In this document: one piece after another, positions 29,227 through 38,825 of the stretch
How positions within the stretch are numbered: the stretch's first letter is position 1
How the letters are laid out: each line of letters begins with the position of its first letter
Assembly: GCA_964613055.1 (NCBI GenBank)
Contig: CAZTGD010000001.1
Location: 6,977-70,976, forward strand
Reading direction: 5' to 3'
From: an uncultured Caldisericales bacterium
Lineage (GTDB): Bacteria > Caldisericota > Caldisericia > JAAYUI01
Length of the DNA stretch: 64,000 nt
The notes under the pieces: generated by a model
The model's input: only the letters and a program-made list of their open reading frames with translations
What the model was told of the DNA's origin: nothing
Databases searched by the model: none
Made by a program: the position numbers and the translations under genes

Positions 29227-29544
29227 ATGTACGCGGTCATGAAAACTGGAGGCAAGCAGTATAAGGTTTGCCCTGAAGACATCATCAAGGTAGAGAAGCT
29301 CGACGTTGAGCCCGGAGATAAACTTGAAATCAAGGAAGTCACTATTTTAGAGAAGGATGGAGAGTTACTTTTCGGAAAACCCTATGTAAATGGAGCATCT
29401 ATTAAAGCCGAGGTTCTAAGGCATGGAAAGAACAGGAAGCAGGTTGTGTTCTTTTACAGACATAAGACTACCTATAAGAGGAAAAAGGGTCATAGACAGA
29501 ATCATACAGAGATTAAGATAAATTCAATACAACTGGAGGCATAA
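29227..29544 (+). CDS. rplU: 50S ribosomal protein L21
   Basis: MYAVMKTGGKQYKV...FFYRHKTTYKRKKGHRQ is the L21 signature. GGAGG RBS. Confidence 0.9.
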   Translation: MYAVMKTGGKQYKVCPEDIIKVEKLDVEPGDKLEIKEVTILEKDGELLFGKPYVNGASIKAEVLRHGKNRKQVVFFYRHKTTYKRKKGHRQNHTEIKINSIQLEA

Positions 29545-30858
29545 ATGGCTAAGAGAAAAGTAATCATCATGGGCGCTGCAGGGCGTGATTTTCACAATTT
29601 CAACACCCTTTACAGGGACAACGAGGATTTTGAGGTAGTTGCTTTTACAGCTACTCAGATCCCAGATATCGCAGGCAGAAAGTATCCGGCAGAACTTGCT
29701 GGTAAACTATATCCAAATGGCATACCAATTTACGATGAGATTGAATTGGTAAAACTAATGGAGGAAAATAAAGTTGATGATGTCGTATTCTCCTACTCGG
29801 ATCAGCCACATCTTGTTGTCATGCACAAATCATCGTTGGTAAACGCTCATGGAGCTAACTTTGTTTTACCCAGCTATCAAGATACTGCACTCAAATCTAC
29901 AAAACCTGTTATCTCAATCTGCGCAGTCAGAACAGGATGCGGTAAGAGCCAGACAACCAGACGTGTTGTTGAGATTCTAAGGCGAATGGGTAAAAAGGTG
30001 GTTTCAATTAGACACCCCATGCCATATGGTGACCTTGCAAAACAGGCCGTTCAGCGTTTTGCTGAGTACTCAGATCTCGACAAGCATGATTGCACCATTG
30101 AGGAAAGAGAAGAGTATGAACCACACATCGACCTTGGAGCTGTTATCTACTCTGGAGTTGATTACGAGAAAATCCTCAGAGAAGCAGAAAAAGAAGCTGA
30201 TGTAATCGTTTGGGATGGCGGTAATAATGATTTCCCATTTATTAAATCCGATATCCCCATTGTTGTTCTTGATCCGCTTCGTCCAGGCCATGAGAGTGCG
30301 TATTATCCAGGGGAATGCAATCTGCATATAGCCAAGATAGGAGTTATTAACAAGATTGACTCAGCCTATCCAGAGGATGTTGATTGCGTGAGAGAGAATG
30401 TCTTCTGCATTAATCCAGAGATGCTCATCATTGATGCGGCATCGCCAGTCTTCCTCGATGACCCATCCAAGATAAGAGGTAAAAAGGTTCTGGTTATTGA
30501 AGATGGTCCAACACTCACTCATGGAGAGATGGAGTATGGTGCAGGATACGTTGCCGCCAAGAAGGCAGGTGCATCTGAGATAATCTCACCCAAACCATAT
30601 GCTGTAGGTTCAATTAAGGACACATTCGAAGCTTATACTCATGTTGAGGATGTCTTACCTGCTATGGGCTATTCACCCGAGCAGATCAAGGATCTGAAGC
30701 AGACAATAGAAGCTGTTCCAGCCGATGTTATTATATCAGGTACCCCCATTGACATAACAAGGGTTCTCAATGTGTCAAAGCCAATACAGCGTGTTCGTTA
30801 TGAACTTGACGAAATAGGTACTCCCAATCTGGAGAAACTTATAAAGGAGATGCTCTAA
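29545..30858 (+). CDS. P-loop NTPase with N-terminal Rossmann-like domain (cyclic 2,3-diphosphoglycerate synthetase-like / DUF1611-like family; function uncertain)
   Basis: KVIIMGAAGRDFHNF N-terminus. Walker A ICAVRTGCGKSQTT. Start ATG abuts the rplU stop (TAAATG). Family assignment is from memory of motif patterns only. Confidence 0.55.
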   Translation: MAKRKVIIMGAAGRDFHNFNTLYRDNEDFEVVAFTATQIPDIAGRKYPAELAGKLYPNGIPIYDEIELVKLMEENKVDDVVFSYSDQPHLVVMHKSSLVNAHGANFVLPSYQDTALKSTKPVISICAVRTGCGKSQTTRRVVEILRRMGKKVVSIRHPMPYGDLAKQAVQRFAEYSDLDKHDCTIEEREEYEPHIDLGAVIYSGVDYEKILREAEKEADVIVWDGGNNDFPFIKSDIPIVVLDPLRPGHESAYYPGECNLHIAKIGVINKIDSAYPEDVDCVRENVFCINPEMLIIDAASPVFLDDPSKIRGKKVLVIEDGPTLTHGEMEYGAGYVAAKKAGASEIISPKPYAVGSIKDTFEAYTHVEDVLPAMGYSPEQIKDLKQTIEAVPADVIISGTPIDITRVLNVSKPIQRVRYELDEIGTPNLEKLIKEML

Positions 30859-31794
30859 GTGGCAGTTAATATGAAAGGACGCTCAATTCTAACGATCCAT
30901 GAGTTGAGCATTGAGGAGGTTGACCAGATATTTGACATGGCTCGGACTCTCAAACTCGAGCGAATGGCTGGGAAAATAATGAATCCTCTGCTTTCAGGGA
31001 AATCTCTGGCTATGATATTTGAAAAGGCTTCAACCAGAACACGTTTGTCATTTGAAGTAGCTATTCACGAACTGGGTGGACATCCCATCTATCTGTCATC
31101 CAAGGACATGCAGATAGGCAGAGGGGAGAGTATCGCAGATACAGCAAGGGTTCTGTCTAGATATGTTCATGGTATTGAAGCGCGTGTATTTGAGCATCAG
31201 AAACTCGTAGATATGGCAGAGTATGGTTCAGTTCCAGTGATAAACGGTCTCTCTGATCTCACTCATCCATGTCAGGTGTTGACTGACCTGTTCACGATCA
31301 GTGAAAAGTTTGGTGAGGTCGGTGGACTGAAAATGGTTTACATGGGTGATGGTTCCAACAACATGGCTCATAGTCTACTTTATGGATGTGCAAAGGTCGG
31401 GATGGACATGACCGTGTGTACTCCAGAGGGGTATGAACCAGATTCAACAGTGCTTGAGAATGCTAAAAAGGATGCTCTGGAAACCGGTGCGGAACTGATC
31501 ATCTCTCATGATCCAAATGAGTCTGTCATTGACGCAGACGTCATATACACTGATGTATGGGCTTCAATGGGTCAGGAAGAAGAATATGCCAAGCGTGTTA
31601 ATAATCTGAAGCCATACCAGGTGAATGCTGATTTGATGAAGAAGTCAGAAGGGGCAATATTTATGCACTGTTTACCTGCCCATCGTGGTGAAGAGGTAAC
31701 GGATGAGGTAGCAGACGCACCGTATTCTGTCATTTTCGATGAAGCAGAGAATCGACTACATGTGCAGAAAGCAATCCTAGCGCTGGTAATGTAG
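30859..31794 (+). CDS. argF: Ornithine carbamoyltransferase
   Basis: STRTRLSFE (carbamoyl-phosphate binding), HPCQ, DVWASMG and HCLPAHRGEE are the full OTC motif set. Confidence 0.88.
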   Translation: MAVNMKGRSILTIHELSIEEVDQIFDMARTLKLERMAGKIMNPLLSGKSLAMIFEKASTRTRLSFEVAIHELGGHPIYLSSKDMQIGRGESIADTARVLSRYVHGIEARVFEHQKLVDMAEYGSVPVINGLSDLTHPCQVLTDLFTISEKFGEVGGLKMVYMGDGSNNMAHSLLYGCAKVGMDMTVCTPEGYEPDSTVLENAKKDALETGAELIISHDPNESVIDADVIYTDVWASMGQEEEYAKRVNNLKPYQVNADLMKKSEGAIFMHCLPAHRGEEVTDEVADAPYSVIFDEAENRLHVQKAILALVM

Positions 31795-31830
31795 ATTCGA
31801 TTTGAACTCACTTGATAAATGAAAAGTAAT

Positions 31831-31866
31831 AAAGCCCCTGGTCTCGACCGGGGGCTTTTTCTTTAT
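31831..31866 (+). terminator. Rho-independent terminator after argF (AAGCCCCTGGTC-TC-GACCGGGGGCTT + TTTTCTTT)
   Basis: 12-bp stem (one mismatch) followed by a T-run, 37 nt after the argF stop. Confidence 0.6.
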
Positions 31867-31893
31867 CCTTAATACAGGGGACTTGACAAAAAT

Positions 31894-33168
31894 ATGAGAC
31901 CACATAAAATCCAATACATGCGTTTGAGCATAGTGATAGTTGTTGTTATAAGCGTACTTACTTCAGCAGTACCCATATGGGGTAATCCAAATACATGCTT
32001 AGATATTACTACAGATGCTTATGGGAATCTATTCCTTCTCAATCCCGATTCACAGAGGATATTCAAGTTTGACGACAACCTGAACTTTATCGAAGAATCA
32101 CTTAACTCATATTCGATGCAGATGAAATATGCCGATTCAATGACAGTATGCTGGTGTGCTGGAGAGTTATCTTTTTCATCATCTTCAAACGCTTCAACTC
32201 AGATGTATGAGATAGATGAGAAATGGGATTATATTTATCATCGAGACCTTGCAGATATTGGAGATGGAAAAGGTCAAATAACCAAACCAAGTGATGTTAA
32301 GTATCTTCGATCTGAGCAGGATTACTGGATTGCCATTGTTGATAGCGAACTGGGGAAGGTAGTTGTTATAGATGATTTTGGTGAGTTCCACCACGAGATT
32401 GCTGGATTGAAGAATCCAGTATCATCGTATTATTCAACAAGAAAAGAACTCTTTATTATAGACGAATCACAGATCAAGGTATTCTCATCGACTGGTTCAC
32501 TTGTCAGGTCATTTGGTAACAATCATTTGAAAAACCCAACAATCATTGACGCATCACGCAAAGAGGACAGGTTCTTTGTATTGGATGGTAATGATGTAAT
32601 TGTCTTTAACGCTAGCGGTGACATGACAGACACATTTAATGTACCTGATTCTGCTGTTGATCTGTCAGTTAACATATACAAAGACTGGTTGATCGTGGCT
32701 TCATGTGCTAAAAATGGAACATTGTACGCTTATGATTATGATGGAAATCTGGTTAAAACGGTTGAATCGGTTCTGAACCCAAAGAAACAAACCATACTAA
32801 GGTTCAAGGTTGGAAGTTACGTTTATTATATCAACGGAGAAGGTCAGAAACTAAGATGCCCTGTCAGGATTGAGAATAACCGGTCGCTTGTCCCTGTCAG
32901 GGAGATCACTGAATCAATAGGTGGTACGGTGAGTTGGGATTATGCGACCAAAACAATAACAATTGAGTATGGTGGTTCAATTATATGGCTGAAGATAGAC
33001 CATCCATATGCAATTGTAGACGGATTGCCAAAAATACTCCCATCGATGGTACCACCAAGGATTTATTGTGATGGAGTTACTATGGTTCCACTTCGCTTTG
33101 TAAGTGAAATACTGGGTGCTGAAGTGGAATATTTTGAAAAGGATAAAACGATTGAGGTGAGAAAATGA
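31894..33168 (+). CDS. Secreted beta-propeller (NHL/YVTN-like) protein with two C-terminal copper-amine-oxidase-N-like (stalk) domains
   Basis: Signal peptide MRPHKIQYMRLSIVIVVVISVLTSAVPIWG. C-terminal RSLVPVREITESIGGTVSWDYATKTITIEY and VTMVPLRFVSEILGAEVEYFEKDKTIEV. Confidence 0.65.
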   Translation: MRPHKIQYMRLSIVIVVVISVLTSAVPIWGNPNTCLDITTDAYGNLFLLNPDSQRIFKFDDNLNFIEESLNSYSMQMKYADSMTVCWCAGELSFSSSSNASTQMYEIDEKWDYIYHRDLADIGDGKGQITKPSDVKYLRSEQDYWIAIVDSELGKVVVIDDFGEFHHEIAGLKNPVSSYYSTRKELFIIDESQIKVFSSTGSLVRSFGNNHLKNPTIIDASRKEDRFFVLDGNDVIVFNASGDMTDTFNVPDSAVDLSVNIYKDWLIVASCAKNGTLYAYDYDGNLVKTVESVLNPKKQTILRFKVGSYVYYINGEGQKLRCPVRIENNRSLVPVREITESIGGTVSWDYATKTITIEYGGSIIWLKIDHPYAIVDGLPKILPSMVPPRIYCDGVTMVPLRFVSEILGAEVEYFEKDKTIEVRK

Positions 33169-33971
33169 GGAATATGAATAGAAATGCTAGTTATGCGATG
33201 GTTTTAATGCTTGTTGTAGGTTTGGTTGTATTTTCATCCTGTCAAACGGTAGTACAGAGGAATGTTGTTCTAACTGATGTTGAGTTATCCGAAAACGAAG
33301 CAGTTGTAACTGATAACAGCACCAATGAAAACCATTCATATAAAGAAACCCAAGCAGAGCCAGAGAAAGCACAGGTTGTTGATTCAGAAGAAGAGATAAT
33401 CGAGGTTGAACCAGAACCTGAATTGACTAACACTGAAGACCAAAACAAAGACAAGGAGTCAATGAAAAGTGCTGGAGCTGATCAGTCAATCGCTTCAAAT
33501 CCATTCTTTGATGCGGTATCCTCCGCTTCTAGGATTGGTAGTTCTGCAAAGCTAGCATGGATTGATCAAAATGGTGATGAACAGAATTTAGCAAGTTATG
33601 GTGGAAAAGTCTATCTTATTGATGTCTGGGCTGAGTGGTGTGGACCATGCAAGATGTCCACAGGTGCATTGAAGCAACTGTATGGTAACTACAGATACGA
33701 TGGTTTATCGGTTATAGGTGTTAATATCGATACAAACTCCTCATTGAAGACAGCCAAGACATATGCGACTGACAGCTCAATAGATTACCCAATACTCTCT
33801 GATCCAGAGGGTGAGAACGTTGGTGGTGTTTTTGTACAACGTGGTATACCCAACTTCACGCTAATAGATTCAGAGGGGAATATTATTCTAGAGCATGTAG
33901 GAGCAATCCAGATTGGTGATTCAGGCTATAAGGAAATTGAAAACGCAATAAAAACATACATTGGAAAATGA
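33165..33971 (+). CDS. TlpA/ResA-like thiol:disulfide oxidoreductase lipoprotein (thioredoxin fold, WCGPC) with long acidic N-terminal linker
   Basis: Lipobox VVFSSC. Active site VWAEWCGPCKMS. Acidic/low-complexity linker (EEEIIEVEPEPELTNTEDQNKDKE). Start overlaps the previous stop (ATGA). Confidence 0.75.
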   Translation: MRNMNRNASYAMVLMLVVGLVVFSSCQTVVQRNVVLTDVELSENEAVVTDNSTNENHSYKETQAEPEKAQVVDSEEEIIEVEPEPELTNTEDQNKDKESMKSAGADQSIASNPFFDAVSSASRIGSSAKLAWIDQNGDEQNLASYGGKVYLIDVWAEWCGPCKMSTGALKQLYGNYRYDGLSVIGVNIDTNSSLKTAKTYATDSSIDYPILSDPEGENVGGVFVQRGIPNFTLIDSEGNIILEHVGAIQIGDSGYKEIENAIKTYIGK

Positions 33972-34068
33972 TGATTGACCTTGTATTTTAATAACTTGTC
34001 AATACAATGTTCCAATCAGGTGGCTCAGAAGGGACTTAATCCTTGGTGGGTTGGACCTTGAAAGGGTA

Positions 34069-34145
<77 letters not shown>

Positions 34146-34152
34146 TTGGTGT

Positions 34153-34226
34153 GTGCCCGTAGCTCAGTTGGATAGAGCATCTGCCTTCTAAGCAGAGGGT
34201 CGGGCGTTCGAGTCGCCCCGGGCACG
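34153..34226 (+). tRNA. tRNA-Arg (anticodon TCT)
   Basis: Acceptor GTGCCCG/CGGGCAC. Anticodon stem TCTGC/GCAGA with loop CTTCTAA. T-loop TTCGAGT. No encoded CCA. Confidence 0.8.
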
Positions 34227-34245
34227 TATATCATTGGCATGGTAT

Positions 34246-34320
34246 GGGCCCATAGCTCAGATGGATAGAGCGGCGGTCTCCTAAACCGCAGGTCGCAGGT
34301 TCGACTCCTGCTGGGCTCAC
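34246..34320 (+). tRNA. tRNA-Arg (anticodon CCT)
   Basis: Acceptor GGGCCCA/TGGGCTC. Anticodon stem GCGGT/ACCGC with loop CTCCTAA. T-loop TTCGACT. Confidence 0.8.
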
Positions 34321-34335
34321 CATCGAAAAGAGGGA

Positions 34336-34410
34336 GCGCCTATAGCTCAACTGGATAGAGCGACGGACTTCGGATCCGTAGGTTGCGGGTTCGACTCCTG
34401 CTGGGCGCGC
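34336..34410 (+). tRNA. tRNA-Arg (anticodon TCG)
   Basis: Acceptor GCGCCTA/TGGGCGC. Anticodon stem ACGGA/TCCGT with loop CTTCGGA. T-loop TTCGACT. Confidence 0.75.
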
Positions 34411-34428
34411 CATTTGTATAGTTGATGT

Positions 34429-34504
34429 GGGTTGCTAGCTCAATTGGTAGAGCATCTGACTCTTAATCAGGCGGTTGGGGGTTCGAGTCCCTTGCAACCC
34501 ACCA
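34429..34504 (+). tRNA. tRNA-Lys (anticodon CTT), encoded CCA
   Basis: Acceptor GGGTTGC/GCAACCC. Anticodon stem TCTGA/TCAGG with loop CTCTTAA. 3' terminal ACCA. Confidence 0.8.
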
Positions 34505-34519
34505 CCTAAGCGGTAAGAA

Positions 34520-35491
34520 ATGGTTGATATTAGATACATACACTGGAAAAAGAGCATTCGTCGGTTGATGGATTTTGGAAGACGAGAGATCCTTCGCGGC
34601 AAGAACGAAAAGATTATAGTCGACAGGCTTCAAGATGAAATTCGAGATCCCCTAAAAACAGCAGATGTAATTGTTATAGCAATAAAAGGTGCATCAATGG
34701 TTGGATATTGCACTGGCATATTGTTGGACGAGGGAATAACAATAACTTCTCTCATTGTTTCGCCTACAGTTGATCGACTTAAGGTTACACCTCAACTCGT
34801 ATTTTCTGTAATCAACCAACTCTCCAGAAAGGGCAAGTTCAAGTTTATCCAGATGGAAGTGCCCTGCATTAATTCTGATTATATTTCAGCTAGCATGAGA
34901 CAGTTTGGGTTTATGATATTCTCTCAGCTTGAGATGTTTATCACTCATTATAATCCAAAACCAGAAAAGCATATTCCAGGTGTCTCTCTTGATAATTGGA
35001 GAATAGATACCGAGAATGAAGCCTCACTCGTTATCGCCATATCAGACCTTGGCGAAGAGGAGATGAGAAAGGATATTCAAGAACGAGAACCCAGGCAAAG
35101 GTGGTTGGAGGAATGCAAGCTTCTTTCTGGAGGCGAACTAGACAAAAATCTTTGCCATCAAGCCTTCATTGGCAACGAAATGGTTGGAATGATAGTCGGT
35201 TTGATTAGAGACAGGAAGATGGGTAGAATAGAGGGAGTTGGTGTTATTTCGGCAAGGAACAGAGAGCGAATAGAGAAGGTCTTAGTAGAACGTTCACTGG
35301 TTGGATTTGCTGAACATGGCATCAAACTTGTCAGAACCATTATCCCGATGACCAAGAAGAAAACTATAGATACACTGAAAACTATAGATTTTACTTCAAA
35401 TATCTATTGCCCCGATCTTCTTCTGCTTTCCTCAGACCAGAGCTGGGATGCTGTCTGCAAGGAAGCTCTCAGTGTTAACCTTGAAAGTTAA
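34520..35491 (+). CDS. Hypothetical protein, possible tandem GNAT-fold acetyltransferase
   Basis: Two halves each have a GNAT-like core (VIAIKGASMVGYCTGILL...RKGKFKFIQMEV and MVGMIVGLIRDRKMGRIEGVGVISARNRERIEKVLVERSL). Weak evidence. Confidence 0.4.
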   Translation: MVDIRYIHWKKSIRRLMDFGRREILRGKNEKIIVDRLQDEIRDPLKTADVIVIAIKGASMVGYCTGILLDEGITITSLIVSPTVDRLKVTPQLVFSVINQLSRKGKFKFIQMEVPCINSDYISASMRQFGFMIFSQLEMFITHYNPKPEKHIPGVSLDNWRIDTENEASLVIAISDLGEEEMRKDIQEREPRQRWLEECKLLSGGELDKNLCHQAFIGNEMVGMIVGLIRDRKMGRIEGVGVISARNRERIEKVLVERSLVGFAEHGIKLVRTIIPMTKKKTIDTLKTIDFTSNIYCPDLLLLSSDQSWDAVCKEALSVNLES

Positions 35492-35536
35492 CGCCTCATC
35501 CTTATACTCACTTGGAGCAGTTTGAAAAATGAGTGT

Positions 35537-35622
35537 GCGAGGGTGGCGGAATTGGTAGACGCGTTGGATTTAGGATCCAGTGAGCTTAGCTCGTGCGGGT
35601 TCAAGTCCCGCCCTTCGTACCA
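35537..35622 (+). tRNA. tRNA-Leu (anticodon TAG), long variable arm, encoded CCA
   Basis: Acceptor GCGAGGG/CCTTCGT (two G-U pairs). Anticodon stem TTGGA/TCCAG with loop TTTAGGA. Variable stem GAGC/GCTC. 3' terminal ACCA. Confidence 0.8.
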
Positions 35623-35640
35623 ACACTATAACTTGTTGAT

Positions 35641-35715
35641 GCGGGAGTAGCTCAGTGGTAGAGCACGACCTTGCCATGGTCGGGGTCGCGGGTTCGAATC
35701 CCGTCTCCCGCTCCA
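35641..35715 (+). tRNA. tRNA-Gly (anticodon GCC), encoded CCA
   Basis: GCGGGAGTAGCTCAGTGGTAGAGCACGACCTTGCCATGGTCG... Anticodon loop TTGCCAT. 3' terminal TCCA. Confidence 0.85.
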
Positions 35716-35727
35716 GAGCGGACACAT

Positions 35728-36990
35728 ATGGAAGTAGAATCAATTGACAGCAACCAACCTACGGTGAAGCTCTCGAGAGCAACCTTTGGACCTGATGAGA
35801 TAAAAGATGGATTCAATGAAGTATATGAATCCAAGAAGAGTAAGGTTAAGATACCGGGTTTCAGACCAGGTAAAGCAACCTATAAGATCTTCAGGAATTA
35901 TGTGGGAGATGACTATCTCAAGGAAGAGTTTATCTTCGCTACAAGCAACATGGCATTACGCAAGGTTCTTGAGGATGAGGAGCATCTCAGAATAGTAGGG
36001 AATCCAGATCTTTCACTCAAGTCATTCAGCCAGGATGAAGGCTGTGAGATCGAGATAAAGTTACACTATGTACCAGAATATTCCCTTCCGAATCCAAATG
36101 ATTTGATCATTAAGATACCATCCTTCGATGTCACAGAAGATGATATTACCAAAACCATTGACAGGCTGAGGCTTCAACACGCAACAATGGAACCGATCGA
36201 AAGACCAGTTGAAGAAAAGGACTTCGTTTATTTCAAGTGGGCAATTGTAAACAATGATGATTCACTTGGGAATTGGAAGGAAGAACTTGTCGAGGTTGGC
36301 AGGGGGGATTTTGTAAAGGATTTTGACAAGCATCTGATTGGTGTCAAATCGGGAGATACAAAGAGGATAAAAACAAAGCTTGATGGTGAGGACGATGCTG
36401 TTTCCATTGAAGTAAAGATAGGTGAGACGAAAACATCGAACATGCCTGATCTCGATGATGAATTTGCAAAAAGCCTTTCAATGGAGTCAGTTAAAACGCT
36501 AAAATCTGCAGTTGAAGCAGAGCTTAAATTCAGTGCGAAAAAAGCTGAACAGAACGCTGTTCATACAAAACTTGCAGAGCAATTACTAGAAAAAACAAAG
36601 ATTGTAATGCCACAGAAACTAGAGGACGCGGCGTTGCAAGACGAGATAGAACGTTTGAAACATGACCTTGAAGAAAAAGGTATGAACCTTGAGATGTATC
36701 TCAAGAAGAGAGACATCACTGAGGACAAACTTAGAGAAGAGTTAACCCCAAAGGCAATTAATCAGGTCAAGATCGATATGATACTTGAGGATTTTGCCAC
36801 ACAAGAGAATATTGAACCTGAAGACAGTGAAATAGAGGACGAATTGAACAGGTATCTTAAAGCTAGGATGCAGATGAATGGGAGTAAGCGAATCGACAGA
36901 GATGCCTTAAGAAAGAATATTTCATCATCGATCAGGAGAAGCAAGACGCTTGAATTCTTATTGGGGAAGGCTCAACTCAAGAAGGAGTAG
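35728..36990 (+). CDS. tig: Trigger factor (ribosome-associated chaperone / PPIase)
   Basis: The table ORF (35671) begins inside tRNA-Gly. ATG 35728 gives MEVESID... The ribosome-binding signature GFRPGKAT (GFRxGxxP) is present. Conserved tig-clpP-clpX-lon order. Confidence 0.88.
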   Translation: MEVESIDSNQPTVKLSRATFGPDEIKDGFNEVYESKKSKVKIPGFRPGKATYKIFRNYVGDDYLKEEFIFATSNMALRKVLEDEEHLRIVGNPDLSLKSFSQDEGCEIEIKLHYVPEYSLPNPNDLIIKIPSFDVTEDDITKTIDRLRLQHATMEPIERPVEEKDFVYFKWAIVNNDDSLGNWKEELVEVGRGDFVKDFDKHLIGVKSGDTKRIKTKLDGEDDAVSIEVKIGETKTSNMPDLDDEFAKSLSMESVKTLKSAVEAELKFSAKKAEQNAVHTKLAEQLLEKTKIVMPQKLEDAALQDEIERLKHDLEEKGMNLEMYLKKRDITEDKLREELTPKAINQVKIDMILEDFATQENIEPEDSEIEDELNRYLKARMQMNGSKRIDRDALRKNISSSIRRSKTLEFLLGKAQLKKE

Positions 36991-36996
36991 AGCTAA

Positions 36997-37593
36997 ATGG
37001 CAATACCATGGGTAATCGAGCAGACTGGTGCGGGAGAGCGCCAGTATGACATCTATTCTCGACTGCTGAAGGACAGGATAATCTTTTTAGGTGGAGACCA
37101 AATCGAGGATTCAGTATCAAGTACGGTTGTTGCGCAATTGCTGTACCTTGATGCAGTAGACCCAGAAAAAGAGATAAGCCTGTATATAAACTCACCTGGG
37201 GGCATTGTTACATCCGGACTTGCCATATACGATACAATGCAGTATGTTTCAGCTCCGGTATCAACTATCTGTATTGGGCAAGCGGCATCTATGGCGGCTG
37301 TACTGTTGGCATCAGGTGAGAAAGACAAACGCTCTGTTCTTCCGAATGCGAGGGTGATGATACACCAAATCGCAGGCGGAGCACATGGACAGGCAACTGA
37401 TGTTGAAATACAAACGGGTGAGATGCTCAGGTTGAAGAAGAAATTGAACGAGATACTCGCAAAGCATACAGGCAAGGATATCGAACAGATACGTTTAGAT
37501 ACTGAAAGAGACAGATTCATGGATGCCCATTCTGCAGTTGAGTATGGACTCGCAGATAAGGTGATCGAAAGGATTGAGTCTGGAAATGCCTGA
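36997..37593 (+). CDS. clpP: ATP-dependent Clp protease proteolytic subunit
   Basis: IIFLGG...[18 protein letters not shown]...[14 protein letters not shown]...MIHQ contains the Ser-His-Asp triad context. Confidence 0.92.
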   Translation: MAIPWVIEQTGAGERQYDIYSRLLKDRIIFLGGDQIEDSVSSTVVAQLLYLDAVDPEKEISLYINSPGGIVTSGLAIYDTMQYVSAPVSTICIGQAASMAAVLLASGEKDKRSVLPNARVMIHQIAGGAHGQATDVEIQTGEMLRLKKKLNEILAKHTGKDIEQIRLDTERDRFMDAHSAVEYGLADKVIERIESGNA

Positions 37594-38824
37594 TGAAGAC
37601 AGTAATTATTGTTCTTTTTGTGGTAGAAGGATAGGCAGTAACCTCCGGGGTATGGAGGGTAAAGATGGATGTCTGATATGTGAAGATTGCATCCGTATCG
37701 CTGGGAAAACACTAACAGTTGATTCGCAGAGACAGCTGAATAGGCGACTTGGTCATATCCCAACTCCCAAAGAGATCCACAGGCAGTTAGATAAATACAT
37801 AATCGGGCAAGATGAAGCCAAGAAACTCATATCCGTTGCAGTATACAAACACTATCGATCTGTGTTAACGCTGAAAACCGAGAAGGGCGCGGATACGAAA
37901 TCTAACATACTTCTGGTTGGTCCCACTGGAGCTGGTAAAACACTCATTGCTCGAACTCTAGCTGATATACTTGGAGTCCCATTCACTATTGCTGATGCAA
38001 CCACTCTGACAGAGGCAGGATATGTCGGAGAGGATGTTGAGAATGTCCTGGTTGGTCTTCTGAGGAATGCTGAATATGATGTAGAGCTTGCACAGATGGG
38101 CATTGTTTACATTGATGAGATAGATAAGATTGGTAGGAAATCCGAGAATAGATCAATTACACGTGATGTATCTGGCGAGGGAGTTCAACAAGCTTTGCTG
38201 AAGATGATCGAGGGTACGGTATGTAATATCCCTCCAAAAGGAGGGCGCAAACACCCTCAACAGGAATTTATTCAGATGGATACATCAAAGATACTGTTCA
38301 TATGTGGTGGTATGTTTGAAGGTATCTCTGAGATTATTGCGGGTAGACTTGGTGACAGGACGGTTGGTTACAAAACTAATACAAGAAGTCAGTTGGACAA
38401 GACAGCTTTAATGTCGAAGCTGATGCCAGATGATCTTATGAAATTCGGTATGATACCAGAGTTTATTGGCAGGATACCTGTATCAGCATATGTAAATGAG
38501 TTAACCATCGAAGACCTAAAGAAGATCCTGACTGAACCTGCCAATTCAATCGTTAACCAATATACAGACCTTCTGGCAATTGAAGGAGCAGAGTTAGAAA
38601 TAACTGACGATGCGTTGACGGTGATCGCTGAGAAAGCAAAGGAATTTGGAACAGGTGCAAGAGCGCTTAGAACCGTTTTTGAACGCATTATGATAGATTG
38701 CCTGTATGAGATACCAGACAGCCAGGTTATTGCTAAGTGTGTGATAGACAAAGAAGTAGCTCAAGGCAATAAGCTTGTTGTTATGATTGATTCGGATGGA
38801 CATGAGATGAAAAGGAGTGCTTAG
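37586..38824 (+). CDS. clpX: ATP-dependent Clp protease ATP-binding subunit ClpX
   Basis: Zinc finger CSFCG...CEDC. Walker [15 protein letters not shown]. Walker [14 protein letters not shown] 37586 preferred over the TTG at 37574 used in the table. Confidence 0.9.
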   Translation: MPDEDSNYCSFCGRRIGSNLRGMEGKDGCLICEDCIRIAGKTLTVDSQRQLNRRLGHIPTPKEIHRQLDKYIIGQDEAKKLISVAVYKHYRSVLTLKTEKGADTKSNILLVGPTGAGKTLIARTLADILGVPFTIADATTLTEAGYVGEDVENVLVGLLRNAEYDVELAQMGIVYIDEIDKIGRKSENRSITRDVSGEGVQQALLKMIEGTVCNIPPKGGRKHPQQEFIQMDTSKILFICGGMFEGISEIIAGRLGDRTVGYKTNTRSQLDKTALMSKLMPDDLMKFGMIPEFIGRIPVSAYVNELTIEDLKKILTEPANSIVNQYTDLLAIEGAELEITDDALTVIAEKAKEFGTGARALRTVFERIMIDCLYEIPDSQVIAKCVIDKEVAQGNKLVVMIDSDGHEMKRSA

Positions 38825-38825
38825 A

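Noticed and set aside
34231-34413. 60-aa minus-strand ORF (MARPAGVEPATYG...)
   Set aside because: Lies entirely across the tRNA-Arg(CCT) and tRNA-Arg(TCG) genes. It is reverse-complement read-through of tRNA sequence, not a gene.
35652-35834. 60-aa minus-strand ORF overlapping tRNA-Gly and the tig start
   Set aside because: Antisense to tRNA-Gly and to the tig 5' end. No RBS. Artefact.
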